Shown here piece by piece: positions 32,923 through 44,151 of a stretch of DNA of 64,000 nt. The notes beneath the pieces were generated by a model that was given only the letters and a program-made list of their open reading frames with translations, searched no databases and had not been told where the DNA came from. The stretch covers positions 4,917 to 68,916 of the forward strand of contig DRKN01000089.1 in assembly GCA_011051755.1 (NCBI GenBank). Direction: 5' to 3'. Positions within the stretch are counted from its first letter, which is position 1; each line of letters starts with the position of its first letter. The stretch is from Gammaproteobacteria bacterium. GTDB taxonomy: Bacteria; Pseudomonadota; Gammaproteobacteria; SZUA-152. Both the position numbers and the translations under genes were made by a program.

Positions 32923-34131
32923 CTACACGGGAGTATTGCCTAGCAACAGTACTGAAATCATCAGATTTCCGTGGCGATTTTCACCACCGATAAAGCAACC
33001 CTGTTCGCCAAAGGTGAACGAGCCCAGAAAGGGACGCCCTTCCAGGGCATCATTAAGATGCCCGACCACGTTATCCATCTGATCCTGGACGGTTAACATA
33101 CAGCCGGCACAGTAAATCACCAAACCACCGGCGATATCACCGGGTGCCACATCACCGGTTCGCATCGCCGCCCGAGCCACTCGCCCCGCCCGCTCGATCA
33201 AGCTGTCCCGCGTCCCTTTCATCAACCAAAATTCGTCGCCCACCGCAACATCTGCAAATAAGCTCAGGCCACGTTCCGGGGTAATCTGATCCGGGTGGGA
33301 TAGTTGGTGATAAGCGGTACCACCGACACTGCCCACCACCCGACCCAGCGGGTATAACGTTGTCAGTGGCAACACATTTTGCTCACCGCTCGCAAACGCA
33401 TCCTGGAGTACGCCACCGGTCCAGTCATTGTAAACCTCTGCCGCCGGACGCCCATCGATCTCATACAGAATACGGCCATCAGCACGTGTCACACGCCCTT
33501 TTATTTCTGTCGGCTCATAACCACTGTGAAACGCAAAACAGAGTTCGGTCGACGGAAACAGCACCGAGACGACAATCGCATCGCGGTACACACCGACCTG
33601 AGTCAGTTGAGCCCATTGACCACTCACATCGTTGTCGGCAGAGCTACCGCCGACAATCGGCACACCCGCCCCGAGCGAGGTCTCAATCTCACTAATCACT
33701 CTTTCCTCACAACCAGGGGGGGCACTGATCCATATCAGGTCGGGTACTTCGCCGGGCCGTCCGGCATCATTGAGCGCAGCATCCAGCGCTTGGCAAGTAG
33801 CGGCTTCCGGTGATGCCGCCGCATCCAGCGTTGCCTCGCCAACACCATAATGTCCATCCGGATCGACAATACCGAAGGCGGCAATACCCCGTCCCTCGGC
33901 ATTGACCACACCCCGCTCGGTCATTGCGCCAAGACAAGAAGTACTTCCATGAAAACGCTTGGCTCCGTGGTTAATCAGCGTTTGCTGTAATTGAGAAATA
34001 TCGTAACTGACGGATGGCGCAACAATGATCCAATCAGGGGAACCACCCAGTCGGGCTGAGAGCTGTTCCCAAAGTTGATCTGCGGCTTCTTTGGAAGAGT
34101 CAAGAATTGAGTCTGCGGTTGCAACATGCAT
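32923..34131 (-). CDS. FIST (N+C) sensory-domain protein
   Basis: The start MHVATADS is at 34129-34131 with an AGGAGAA RBS. About 400 aa with the FIST_N/FIST_C pattern. It lies directly upstream of, and likely cotranscribed with, the GAF kinase. Confidence 0.65.
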   Translation of the reverse strand: MHVATADSILDSSKEAADQLWEQLSARLGGSPDWIIVAPSVSYDISQLQQTLINHGAKRFHGSTSCLGAMTERGVVNAEGRGIAAFGIVDPDGHYGVGEATLDAAASPEAATCQALDAALNDAGRPGEVPDLIWISAPPGCEERVISEIETSLGAGVPIVGGSSADNDVSGQWAQLTQVGVYRDAIVVSVLFPSTELCFAFHSGYEPTEIKGRVTRADGRILYEIDGRPAAEVYNDWTGGVLQDAFASGEQNVLPLTTLYPLGRVVGSVGGTAYHQLSHPDQITPERGLSLFADVAVGDEFWLMKGTRDSLIERAGRVARAAMRTGDVAPGDIAGGLVIYCAGCMLTVQDQMDNVVGHLNDALEGRPFLGSFTFGEQGCFIGGENRHGNLMISVLLLGNTPV

Positions 34132-34721
34132 GCTGTTCTCCTTTGTTACAGCAATACGACCTGAAACATACCTCTTTCCGGTCACTGGGAGGTTGTTAAC
34201 AATCATTTTGACAACCCCTGAGGGTCATCCGGCACCAGCAGTCAGCCTAAAACAATCCATTGTAGAGCGCAAATAACCGGATCACCCACTAACCGCCTTC
34301 CATATTGTCGGACTGTTGCAGGAAATTTTAACACCGCCATGGAACAAACAAAGCGTGTAATAACACCTGAATTTTCATCGTTTTGGGGCGATGCCGCCGG
34401 GTCAGCCGGCCTGACCACCATTGCGACAAGGCCACCCCTTCATTGATGTCCACAAAACCGGGGAAAAAAACGGATCGGCACGATAGCGGAAAGTTCTGTC
34501 GATCAGACCGGATGGGCAAGCGCACGCCGATCCGGGTACCGGATCAGAGACAGGGTTCAAGGAGATCAGGCTGGCCAGCGGTCGTACAAGAAGCCAAACC
34601 TGGAATCCTTATGCCATTACCCACCATCTCCATTTTTGTATGGCGGCAACAATACTTATATCGATAAATTTTATGCTTTCTGATATTGAAAAACGCATCA
34701 CTCAAGCAACCTCGGATGTAT

Positions 34722-35468
34722 CTATTCGCCGTTTGACAACCACAGCAGACTGGCCATGCGCCCGGTAATGCCGTCACGGCGATAGGAATAAAACATGCCG
34801 GCCTCGCTGTAGGTGCAACGGCCACCGCCATATACAGCGGTAACCCCGGCCCGCGCCAGTCGCCGGCGCGCCAAGTGATCGATATTCGCCAGCCAGCGGT
34901 CATCCCCCAGAGCAACGAAGGCACTGGCGCTGTCGGCATCGTCATCGACGAAGGCCGCACGCACATCCGTGCCCACTTCAAAGGCCTGCGGGCCGATGGC
35001 GGGGCCGAGCCAAGCCATGATCTCGTCCGGGGCCACGAGCATCTGCGCCACCGTCGCCTCCAGCACCCCCGCCGACAGCCCCCGCCAACCGGCATGGGCG
35101 GCGGCAACACGCGTGCCGGCACGATCACAAAACAGCACCGGCAGGCAGTCGGCGGTCAGCACGGCGCACACCCGACCAGGCCCGGTGCTGACACTGGCAT
35201 CGGCCTCTGGCGGCCCGGCCGTTGGCAAACCATCAAGGGTAATGACACGACGGCCGTGCACCTGTTTCAGCCATAGAGGCTCCGCTGGCAGGGCCAGTTC
35301 TTCCAGCAACAACTCGCGGTTGGCCAGCACCGCCGCCGGATGATCACCAACATGATCGGCCAGATTGAAGCTGTCGAAGGATGCAAGACTGACACCACCG
35401 ATCCGCGAGGTAGTGGCCGCCTGTACATTTTTCGGCGCCGGCCAGTCCACGGAAATCAGTCCGGGCAT
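34722..35468 (-). CDS. pgeF: YfiH/PgeF purine-nucleoside phosphorylase / laccase-domain (DUF152) protein
   Basis: The start is MPGLISVDW. It has the conserved His and Cys residues (HAGWRG, CTY). It lies downstream of rluD, as in E. coli rluD-yfiH. Confidence 0.8.
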   Translation of the reverse strand: MPGLISVDWPAPKNVQAATTSRIGGVSLASFDSFNLADHVGDHPAAVLANRELLLEELALPAEPLWLKQVHGRRVITLDGLPTAGPPEADASVSTGPGRVCAVLTADCLPVLFCDRAGTRVAAAHAGWRGLSAGVLEATVAQMLVAPDEIMAWLGPAIGPQAFEVGTDVRAAFVDDDADSASAFVALGDDRWLANIDHLARRRLARAGVTAVYGGGRCTYSEAGMFYSYRRDGITGRMASLLWLSNGE

Positions 35469-35472
35469 GGCG

Positions 35473-36429
35473 TTAAACCGCCTTGCTGTCTTCGCGGCAG
35501 GCATCCACCAGCGCCGCCATATCAAGCGGTAAGGGCGCCCGCCAGCTCATGGACTCACCGCTGAGGGGGTGCTCGAAGCCCAGCCGTCCGGCATGCAGGG
35601 CCTGACGCTTGAAACCACACAGGGCTTCTATCAACGCCGGTGTGGCGCCGGCGGGAATGCGCAGACGGCCGCCGTAGACCGGATCGCCCACCAGTGGATA
35701 TTTTAGATAGGCCATGTGTACACGGATCTGGTGAGTACGGCCGGTCTCCAGTTTCACGCGCAGCAGGCTGTGGGCGCGAAAACGCTCCTCGACCCGGTAA
35801 TGGGTGATGGCCTCACGGCCACCCGGCACCACGGCCTGGCGCAGACGCTGGCCGGGATGCCGGCCGATGGGCGCCTGCACGCTGCCACCAGCGGTCATCA
35901 GGCCCATGGAGAGGGCCAGGTATTCGCGCTCGACGTCACGCGCCTGCAGCTGTTCCACCAACGATTTCTGTGCCGTCAGGGTGCGCGCCACCACCAGCAG
36001 ACCGCTGGTGTCCTTGTCGAGACGATGCACCACACCGGCGCGCGGCACCTGTTCCAGCGCCGGGTCATAGTGCAGCAAGGCATTGCTGAGGGTACCGTCC
36101 ATGTTACCGGCGCCGGGATGCACCACCAGTCCGGCGGGCTTATCGATGACCAGCACGGCCTCGTCTTCAAAGACGATATCCAAGGGAATATCCTGCGCAC
36201 GCCAAGTGGTCTCCACCTCCTGCTCCGCCGCCAACACCACTTCCTCACCGCCGTGTACGGCGTCGCGGGGGCGCAGGCGTTTACCATCCACCAGCACATG
36301 GCCGCCCTTGACCCAGCGTGTCAAACGGGCACGCGAGTAATCGGGGAATAGTGCCGCCAAAGCCTGATCCAGGCGCAGGCCGGCCAGTGTCTCGGGGACG
36401 ATTTCGGTCAACCTGTGGGACTCGGTCAT
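35473..36429 (-). CDS. rluD: 23S rRNA pseudouridine(1911/1915/1917) synthase RluD
   Basis: An N-terminal S4 domain is followed by the [14 protein letters not shown] catalytic motif. 318 aa. Confidence 0.9.
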   Translation of the reverse strand: MTESHRLTEIVPETLAGLRLDQALAALFPDYSRARLTRWVKGGHVLVDGKRLRPRDAVHGGEEVVLAAEQEVETTWRAQDIPLDIVFEDEAVLVIDKPAGLVVHPGAGNMDGTLSNALLHYDPALEQVPRAGVVHRLDKDTSGLLVVARTLTAQKSLVEQLQARDVEREYLALSMGLMTAGGSVQAPIGRHPGQRLRQAVVPGGREAITHYRVEERFRAHSLLRVKLETGRTHQIRVHMAYLKYPLVGDPVYGGRLRIPAGATPALIEALCGFKRQALHAGRLGFEHPLSGESMSWRAPLPLDMAALVDACREDSKAV

Positions 36430-36500
36430 GGATTGTCGCTCACTGTTCTCTACCCCGCCGGGCCGCTATAATAACCTGCTTTGCAGCAATTGCCCCCTTT

Positions 36501-37307
36501 CTGACCCTTTCCGAGGCCACAACCCTGAATACCAACACACCGCTCCACCGGCTATCCGCCCTGCTGCTGACCGCGCTATTGCTCGGCGGCTGCGCCTCCA
36601 CGCTGGACGACAGCAGCAAGTGGTCTGCCGAACTGCTCTACAGCGAGGCCAAGGCCGCACTTAAATCCGGCGATTACGAGTCGGCCATCAAGCACTTCGA
36701 AACCCTGGAAGCCAAGTATCCCTTTGGTAAATACGCCGAGCAGGCACAGCTGGACACCGCCTACGCCTATTACAAGTTCGAAGAGCCGGATTCCGCCATC
36801 GCCGCTGCTGACCGTTTCATCAAGCTACATCCACGTCACCCCAGCGTGGATTACGCCTACTATCTGCGCGGTCTGGCCAGCGCCAGCAAGAAAGACAACC
36901 CGCTGGACTTTGCCATCACCATCGAACCCAGCCTGCTCGACCCCAGTTCGGCACGGCAGTCGTTCAACTACTTCAACCAACTGGTGCAGCGTTTCCCCAA
37001 CAGCCGCTATGTGCAAGACGCCATCCGCCACATGAAGATACTGCGCGAACACCTCGCCGAGCACGAGATCCATGTGGCACGTTATTATCTCAAGCGACAT
37101 GCCTATGTGGCGGCCGCCAAACGCGCCACCTTCGTGCTGGAAACCTATCCCCGCTCGCCCACGATTCCCAGCGCACTGGATATTCTCATCACCGCCTACG
37201 AGGCGCTGGATCTGCAAGACCTGGCCACAGATGCGCGGCGGGTAAAAGAACTCAACTTCCCCTCGGCGCTGGACACTCCCCGATCCGCTGTCGATTTCAG
37301 TCTGTAA
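36501..37307 (+). CDS. bamD: Outer membrane protein assembly factor BamD (YfiO), lipoprotein; start codon uncertain
   Basis: It has the lipobox LLLGGCAS followed by TPR-like BamD sequence, and is divergent from rluD as in E. coli. There is no in-frame ATG downstream of the rluD start. The only track start is a GTG at 36318, which overlaps rluD by 110 nt. A TATAAT -10 box lies at 36466-36471, and CTG at 36501 or 36525 are the nearest candidate starts. Confidence 0.7.
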   Translation: MTLSEATTLNTNTPLHRLSALLLTALLLGGCASTLDDSSKWSAELLYSEAKAALKSGDYESAIKHFETLEAKYPFGKYAEQAQLDTAYAYYKFEEPDSAIAAADRFIKLHPRHPSVDYAYYLRGLASASKKDNPLDFAITIEPSLLDPSSARQSFNYFNQLVQRFPNSRYVQDAIRHMKILREHLAEHEIHVARYYLKRHAYVAAAKRATFVLETYPRSPTIPSALDILITAYEALDLQDLATDARRVKELNFPSALDTPRSAVDFSL

Positions 37308-37406
37308 CAGGCAACTGAAACCGTTCAGAAACAAAACCCCGTAGCGTGCGCCGTGCGCACGACACCTTCTGGATTCAGATATTCGGGAAAAAGCAACCAC
37401 GGGCAG

Positions 37407-37811
<405 letters not shown>

Positions 37812-39443
37812 TTAACGCCGATCATAACCCGAGGTGATGGGATAACGCCGGTCGCGTCCAAAGGCGCGGCGGGTGATGCGCACCCCCGGCGCTGCCTGGC
37901 GGCGTTTATATTCGTTGCGGTTCACCAACCGGATCACCCGGTTCACGATGGCCGTATCATACCCCGCCGCAACGATTTCTTCCGCACAACGATCCTGTTC
38001 CACATACATTTCCAGGATCGCATCCAGCACATCGTAAGGCGGCAGGCTGTCGCTGTCTTTCTGATCCGGGGCCAGCTCCGCCGACGGCGAACGTTCAATG
38101 ACGCGCCGGGGGATCACCGGTGACAGACGGTTGCGGTATTCGCTGAGACGGTAGACCAGGGTCTTGGGCACATCCTTGAGCACGTCGAAACCACCGGCCA
38201 TATCGCCGTAGAGGGTGGAATAACCTACTGATATCTCACTCTTGTTGCCCGTACTCAATACCACTTTGTGCTTCTTGTTGGAGATCGCCATCAATAGCAC
38301 GGCACGACAACGGGCCTGGATGTTCTCCTCCGTGGTATCCGGCTCACAACCGGCAAATTCGTCCTTGAGAGTCCCGAGAAAGGTCTTGAAGGCCGGCTCG
38401 ATGGACAGTACATGATACTCCACGCCCAGCATCTCGGCCTCGGCCCGGGCATCGCTCAGGCTGATATCCAGGGTGTAGCGCGAGGGCATCATCACCGCCT
38501 CCACCCGCTCCGCACCGATGGCGTCCACCGCCACCGCCAGGGTGAGGGCCGAATCAATGCCACCCGAAAGACCGATGATGGCACCGGGGAAGGCGTTTTT
38601 TTCGATATAGTCGCGCACGCCGAGAACCAGCGCCTTATAGACGCTCTCTTCCTCGCAGACCGGCGTGCAGACGGTACCCGGCACGGCATCCACACAGCCA
38701 TCACCGGCGATGGTGAAATCGGCCGGGTAGAGGTCGTCCACAAAGGCCGGTGCACGCTGCGCCAGACTGCCATCGGCATTCATCACCAGCGAGGCGCCGT
38801 CGAACACCAATTCGTCCTGCCCGCCCACCAGGTTGACATAGAGCACCGGCAAACCGGTCTCGGTAATACGTGCACGCAGCGCCTCGATACGCTCGTCACG
38901 CTTGCCGAGGTGAAACGGCGAGGCATTGAGATTGACCAGCAGGCGCGCCCCCGCCACCTTGGCCGCGGATGCCGCCCGGGGATACCAGATATCCTCACAG
39001 ATAGTGATGCCCACCGGCACCCCGGCGATCTCTACCACGCAGGGCTCGTTACCGGCGGCAAAATAGCGTTTTTCGTCGAACACACTGTAATTGGGCAGCT
39101 CGAACTTGTCGTAGGTGGCAACGACCGCGCCATCACGCAGCAGGCTGGCGGCATTGTAGAGACCGGCCTCCGCCTGCCGCGGATAGCCGAGGATCACATC
39201 GATGCCGTGCACCTGCTCAGTCACACGAGCCAACGCGGCATCGACACGGCGGTTGAAACCAAGGCGCAACAGCAGGTCTTCCGGTGGATAACCACTCAAG
39301 GTCAGCTCGGGAAAGACGATGGCCTGCGCATTCAATGCATCGCGCGCCGTTGCCGCGGCGGCAATGATTTTTTCGGCATTGCCGTCGATATCGCCCACCA
39401 GCAGGTCGATCTGGGCCATGACGATGCGTAGGGAACGGGACAT
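37812..39443 (-). CDS. nadE: Glutamine-dependent NAD+ synthetase (nitrilase domain + NAD synthetase domain)
   Basis: The start MSRSLRIVMAQID is at 39441-39443. An N-terminal CN-hydrolase domain is followed by a C-terminal SGGIDS PP-loop ATPase. About 543 aa. Confidence 0.85.
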   Translation of the reverse strand: MSRSLRIVMAQIDLLVGDIDGNAEKIIAAAATARDALNAQAIVFPELTLSGYPPEDLLLRLGFNRRVDAALARVTEQVHGIDVILGYPRQAEAGLYNAASLLRDGAVVATYDKFELPNYSVFDEKRYFAAGNEPCVVEIAGVPVGITICEDIWYPRAASAAKVAGARLLVNLNASPFHLGKRDERIEALRARITETGLPVLYVNLVGGQDELVFDGASLVMNADGSLAQRAPAFVDDLYPADFTIAGDGCVDAVPGTVCTPVCEEESVYKALVLGVRDYIEKNAFPGAIIGLSGGIDSALTLAVAVDAIGAERVEAVMMPSRYTLDISLSDARAEAEMLGVEYHVLSIEPAFKTFLGTLKDEFAGCEPDTTEENIQARCRAVLLMAISNKKHKVVLSTGNKSEISVGYSTLYGDMAGGFDVLKDVPKTLVYRLSEYRNRLSPVIPRRVIERSPSAELAPDQKDSDSLPPYDVLDAILEMYVEQDRCAEEIVAAGYDTAIVNRVIRLVNRNEYKRRQAAPGVRITRRAFGRDRRYPITSGYDRR

Positions 39444-39485
39444 GTTTTTGCCTGAAGAAAATACCGGTTTGATTCGCCACGATCC

Positions 39486-39556
39486 CGTAGGGTGGGCACT
39501 GCCCACCAAAATGACTTGCCTTATGCGGACAGAATGGTGGGCAATGCCCACCCTAC
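39486..39556. repeat. REPIN, family B doublet
   Basis: cgtagggtgggcactgcccacc ... ggtgggcaatgcccaccctac. Confidence 0.8.
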
Positions 39557-39578
39557 CTGACTGTGGTCAACAGAAAAA

Positions 39579-40451
39579 TCAGCCGCCCAGCGCCTCCAGC
39601 ATGCGCGCACCCAGCTCGGCGGGGGAACGCGCTACGGTAACGCCGGCCGCCGCCAGCGCGGCGAACTTATCGGCAGCGGTGCCCTTGCCACCGGCAATAA
39701 TAGCGCCGGCGTGCCCCATGCGTTTGCCGGCTGGCGCCGTGACGCCGGCGATATAACCCACCACGGGCTTGCTGACCCGGGACTGGATGTATTCCGCCGC
39801 CTCTTCCTCGGCGGCGCCGCCGATCTCGCCCACCAAAACAATGCCCTCGGTCTGCGCATCCTGCTCGAACAGCGCCAGACAATCGATGAAGTTCATACCC
39901 TGGATGGGGTCACCACCGATGCCGACGCAGGTGCTCTGCCCCAGACCGTTGATCGTGGTCTGGTAGACCGCCTCATAGGTGAGGGTGCCGGAGCGGGAGA
40001 CGATGCCGATCCTGCCCGGCTGGTGGATGGCGCCGGGCATGATGCCAATTTTGCACGCACCGGGGGTGATGATGCCCGGGCAGTTAGGGCCGATGAGGCG
40101 CGATTCGCTGTGCGCCAGCACCGCCTTCACCTTCACCATGTCCTGCACCGGAATGCCTTCGGTGATACAAACGATGACTTTTATGCCCGCCTCCTCGGCC
40201 TCGAAAATGGCGTCGGCAGCAAAGGCGGCGGGGACGAAGATCAGGCTGGCATCGGCGCCGGTTCCATCCACCGCGTCACGCACGGTATTGAACACGGGAC
40301 GCTCGAGGTGACTCTGCCCGCCCTTGCCGGGGGTGACGCCGCCGACCAACCGGGTGCCGTAGGCGATGGCCTGTTCGGCGTGGAAAGTGCCCTGCCGGCC
40401 GGTAAAACCCTGCACGATGACGCGTGTCTGCTGGTCGATGAGTATGGACAT
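39579..40451 (-). CDS. sucD: Succinyl-CoA synthetase alpha subunit
   Basis: [24 protein letters not shown]..., 290 aa. The phosphohistidine loop is present. Confidence 0.9.
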   Translation of the reverse strand: MSILIDQQTRVIVQGFTGRQGTFHAEQAIAYGTRLVGGVTPGKGGQSHLERPVFNTVRDAVDGTGADASLIFVPAAFAADAIFEAEEAGIKVIVCITEGIPVQDMVKVKAVLAHSESRLIGPNCPGIITPGACKIGIMPGAIHQPGRIGIVSRSGTLTYEAVYQTTINGLGQSTCVGIGGDPIQGMNFIDCLALFEQDAQTEGIVLVGEIGGAAEEEAAEYIQSRVSKPVVGYIAGVTAPAGKRMGHAGAIIAGGKGTAADKFAALAAAGVTVARSPAELGARMLEALGG

Positions 40452-41617
40452 CAGTTCTGCCCTCCTGCGGCGACCACCTTGACGGCGGCATCGGCCAGAT
40501 CGTCGGCCGGAATCACCGCCAGCCCGCTGTGGGCGAGGATCGCGCGGCCCTGCTCGGCATTGGTGCCTTCAAGGCGCACCACCACGGGGATATCGAGGCC
40601 GACATCCTTGATCGCCGCAACGATGCCGTCGGCAATCAGGTCACAGCGCACGATGCCGCCAAAAATATTGACCAGGATCGCCTCGACCTTGTGGTCGGCG
40701 ACGATCAGTTTGAGGGCCTCGGCAACACGCTCGGCGGTCGTACCGCCACCCACATCGAGAAAATTGGCCGGCTCGCCACCGTGCAGCTTGATGATGTCCA
40801 TGGTGGCCATGGCCAGACCGGCGCCATTGACCATGCAGCCGATGTTGCCGTCGAGGGTGACGTAATTGAGATCGAACTGCTGGGCCTTGTGTTCGGTGGG
40901 ATCTTCCTGGCTGGGGTCGCGCAGCTCTTCCAACGCCTTCTGCCGAAACAGGGCGTTGTCGTCGATGTTGACCTTGGCGTCCAGGGCCAGCAGGCGATCA
41001 TCACGGGTGAGCACCAACGGATTGATCTCCACCAGGCTGAGATCCTTTTCCGTGAACAGGCGGTAGAGACCGAGCATGGTGCGGGTCAGTTCACGCACCA
41101 GCGCGCCTTCGAGGCCGAGGCTGAAGGCGAGTTGACGGCACTGGTAGCCCTGCAAACCGGCGACGGGATCGACGGCCACGGTGAGAATTTTTTCCGGGGT
41201 TTCGGCGGCCACCGCCTCGATATCCATGCCACCTTCGCTGGAGGCCATGAACACCACACGGTTGCGGGCGCGGTCGATGAGCGCACCGAGGTAGAGTTCG
41301 CGGACGATGTCACAGGGCGCCTCGATGAGCAGCTTGTCCACCGGCAGGCCCTTGGGGCCGGTCTGGTGGGTGACCAGATTCATGCCCAGCATGGTCTTGA
41401 CGGCGGATTCCAGCTCAGCCTCGCCAGTGACCAGCTTGACGCCACCCCCCTTGCCGCGGCCACCAGCGTGTACCTGCGCCTTGACCACCCAGCGCTCGCC
41501 GCCCAGCGCGCGGGCCGCGGCGCGGGCCTCGCCGAGGGTGGCGGCCATCTGACCGGCCGGCACCAGCAACCCATATTCCGCAAACAGGTGCTTGGCCTGA
41601 AATTCGTGAAGATTCAT
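40451..41617 (-). CDS. sucC: Succinyl-CoA synthetase beta subunit
   Basis: The start [16 protein letters not shown] is at 41615-41617, with an ATP-grasp domain. The track ORF is over-extended upstream. Confidence 0.85.
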   Translation of the reverse strand: MNLHEFQAKHLFAEYGLLVPAGQMAATLGEARAAARALGGERWVVKAQVHAGGRGKGGGVKLVTGEAELESAVKTMLGMNLVTHQTGPKGLPVDKLLIEAPCDIVRELYLGALIDRARNRVVFMASSEGGMDIEAVAAETPEKILTVAVDPVAGLQGYQCRQLAFSLGLEGALVRELTRTMLGLYRLFTEKDLSLVEINPLVLTRDDRLLALDAKVNIDDNALFRQKALEELRDPSQEDPTEHKAQQFDLNYVTLDGNIGCMVNGAGLAMATMDIIKLHGGEPANFLDVGGGTTAERVAEALKLIVADHKVEAILVNIFGGIVRCDLIADGIVAAIKDVGLDIPVVVRLEGTNAEQGRAILAHSGLAVIPADDLADAAVKVVAAGGQN

Positions 41618-41761
41618 GACGGTTCCCCAGACGATCCCGCGTTGTCCATCGCCGGTATCGTTGCCAATAACGCGCGCAAGTCTGACATACAAAGACGGCC
41701 AATGACAAAACCCCATTCAAGCAGCCACAAAACACACCGTTCCTTAATTATGTGTCGGGTG

Positions 41762-42010
41762 ATGAGATGGGCTCCTCTCCCCTTTTATAAACGGCGAACG
41801 GCGTCGCAATGCGCCATGCTGGAGTCCTGCCTGATCGGCATGAAATCCTGTGCAAGCGCCCATTACTGGGCCCGGCGGCTTAAGGCACTGGGTCATGAGG
41901 TCAAACTGATTCCGGCGCAATATGTGAAAGTCTGCGTGCGAGGCAACAAAAATGACGACAACGATGCGCCGGCCATCAGTGAAGCGTTCACTCATACCAC
42001 AGAGGCGGTT
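41762..42010 (+). pseudogene. Remnant of an IS110-family (DEDD) transposase, N-terminal region only
   Basis: ...CLIGMKSCASAHYWARRLKALGHEVKLIPAQYVKVCVRGNKNDDNDAPAISEA matches the conserved IS110 N-terminal block (CLIGMEACGxAHYWAR...GHxV.L....VK...K.NKND.NDAEAI.EA). The reading frame dies about 115 codons in, inside a REP. There is no C-terminal catalytic domain. Confidence 0.55.
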
Positions 42011-42065
42011 TGTCTTAAGCACAAAGAATCTTCCCACGACCGAAGCAGAAAAACCTATTGGACAA

Positions 42066-42186
42066 GGAGCGGGCCATGCCCGCGAAAAGCAACAAAAAAC
42101 AACCTGTGAGGGCGGCTTCCACAATGTCCGGATATTCTATCTCTGCGGTGAAGGACAGGACTATCGCGGGCATGGCCCGCTCCTAC
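42066..42186. repeat. REPIN, family A doublet
   Basis: ggagcgggccatgcccgcga ... atcgcgggcatggcccgctcctac. It directly abuts the IS110 remnant. Confidence 0.8.
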
Positions 42187-42282
42187 ACACACGGCCCTGC
42201 ATGTCAGCGCCGCCGCGCACAAACGGGTGCATATCTGTTTAGGTGTCCTGAAACACCAACCTCGTTTCAGGCACAGCCCCAC

Positions 42283-43737
42283 TCAGAATAGGTGGGAATA
42301 CATCACCTGCCAATTGACCTGACTGTGGCTGACGGTCACCCCCTGACCACTGGTCGCCGGGACCTCGGGCGAATAGGTAAACGAGGCGTTCACGCTGGAA
42401 GATTTGTTGATGTCATAACCACCACCGAAGGTGTAGTTGTTCTCTATCGTCGCCGGGAACAGGGGATTGAGGTACTTGTCCGGCACCGGATTGGTCGAGC
42501 CGTTGTAACCCACCCTCAACACCAGCTCCCCGGTGGTCTGAAAACTGGCCCCCAGAGCGATGACCGTCTGATCCTCCCAATCCTGGAACATAACGGCATC
42601 CAGTGTTTGACCGGCAAAACCTGCCGCCAGGGGATTGGCCTGGTTCGCATCGGCCACGAAACGCATTTCGAAATTCTTCATGACGCTCGCCCAACCGATA
42701 CGCTTGACGTCGGCGGCGATCATGATCCTGTCAGTGGCCTGGAAGGCGGCGCCGATACCGTAGGTCTCCGGCCATTGGAAGTTCTTGACGCTGATTTTGC
42801 CCGACACCGGAATAGCCACGGCCGTGTAACCGGTGGAAGCACCGCCTCCCGCCAGACCAAGATCCATGTTGACGTTCATGCTGACCTCGGCGTTACCGGT
42901 GGTCATGTCACCCAGGCGGGTCTTGGCGTGGTAGGTGGCGCCCACGGTCCAGCGGCTGCCAATCCTGTAGGTAAAACCCAACTTACCGGCGAAACCATTG
43001 CCGTAGGCCTCACCCAGGAAGGCGCTGTTGTTAGAGAAATCAAAACGCGCCCAATTTACCGGCCCGGTGGGATCCAGTGCCGTGCCGACCATCCCCATCA
43101 TGCTGTCGACCATCGAGCCACTGGCCGTACCGTATTCCTGGGCGCCACCGTAGGCGGGCGCAAGCATGTCACCAAACTGCGCCCCCGACAGGGCCATCTT
43201 CAGATCCATGCTGGCCCAAATGTAGTCGAGACTGCCAGCAATATTGAAGCGGTCATTGACGCGATAACTCAGTGGAATCAGGAAACGCCCCAGCCCCACT
43301 TCGGAGCGAACCGTCTCATTGGAACCCGCCGCCAAAAAAGAGTTGGTATCATACTCGGTACCCATACCGCCTTGGGCGAAGACACCCACGCCATAGGCCA
43401 ATGCACCGCGCTTCTTCACCCAACCCACCGCCGGCATGTAAAAGGCGCTAGCGGATGAGTTCGCGTCGGGCATGCCATCCATGGCGCTTGAAATGTCGGG
43501 GCCCAGAGAACCCACCGCGACATCCAGCCGGCTGCCTTCTTCCATCATGCCCAGGGTGGCCGGATTATTCATGACTGCGGCAGTGCCGTTGTCGTAGGCA
43601 AAGGCCGCACCGCCCATGCCGCCAGCAATGGGGCCGTAGGCCTCCAGGTTCATCCCGTTCGTGGCCCAGGCCGCAAGTGGCGCCAATAAAGCGCTGATCA
43701 CCGCCATTAAAAGAATACGCTTTTTAGTGGAACCCAT
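42283..43737 (-). CDS. FadL/OmpP1/TodX-family outer-membrane hydrophobic-compound transporter (paralogue 1)
   Basis: The start MGSTKKRILLMAVISALLAPLAAWA gives a signal peptide, with a GGAGG RBS. The mature protein begins with the NGMNLEAYGPIAGGMGGAAFA block and ends with an aromatic C-terminal beta-strand ...VMYSHLF. Confidence 0.75.
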   Translation of the reverse strand: MGSTKKRILLMAVISALLAPLAAWATNGMNLEAYGPIAGGMGGAAFAYDNGTAAVMNNPATLGMMEEGSRLDVAVGSLGPDISSAMDGMPDANSSASAFYMPAVGWVKKRGALAYGVGVFAQGGMGTEYDTNSFLAAGSNETVRSEVGLGRFLIPLSYRVNDRFNIAGSLDYIWASMDLKMALSGAQFGDMLAPAYGGAQEYGTASGSMVDSMMGMVGTALDPTGPVNWARFDFSNNSAFLGEAYGNGFAGKLGFTYRIGSRWTVGATYHAKTRLGDMTTGNAEVSMNVNMDLGLAGGGASTGYTAVAIPVSGKISVKNFQWPETYGIGAAFQATDRIMIAADVKRIGWASVMKNFEMRFVADANQANPLAAGFAGQTLDAVMFQDWEDQTVIALGASFQTTGELVLRVGYNGSTNPVPDKYLNPLFPATIENNYTFGGGYDINKSSSVNASFTYSPEVPATSGQGVTVSHSQVNWQVMYSHLF

Positions 43738-44151
43738 ACCGCCTCCCCGCCCCGCATATCGCGACAAAATACTGCTTTTCTCTTCCGCGGTTAGCACAGT
43801 CTGGCCAGGAAATTCATTATCTGTCAATATTAGAATCAACAGATTTATTAAATCCCACGATAAAAAAAATAAATATGAAATCCAATGATTTACTTATATC
43901 TATACACGCTAAGTATAGAGTTCGGCTGATTTGCGTGTTAAAGATACAGTGACAAAAAACGGCCGGATTCAAGACTGGCCCACGGCAAAACCACTCATTT
44001 TACTGGCTTAATTCGATTATTTTTGTTATAGACGCCCTCTACTTACCTTAATTTTTCCGCAAAAGCGGGGCTGAACGGTTTCCCCCACGACGACCGCTTA
44101 TGTACGATGACACCCTTGGGTGAGCAATCATTAATTATGGAGAAGCACAGC

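Noticed and set aside
36318-36500. GTG start at 36318 for bamD given by the ORF track
   Set aside because: It would overlap the divergent rluD coding sequence by 110 nt and add about 70 non-BamD residues before the lipoprotein signal peptide.
40529-41760. N-terminal 400 aa of the 526-aa plus-strand ORF antisense to sucC
   Set aside because: A shadow ORF of sucC with Gly/Asp/His-rich composition and no motifs. Only its last about 115 codons (41762-42109) lie outside sucC, and those were interpreted as the IS110 remnant.
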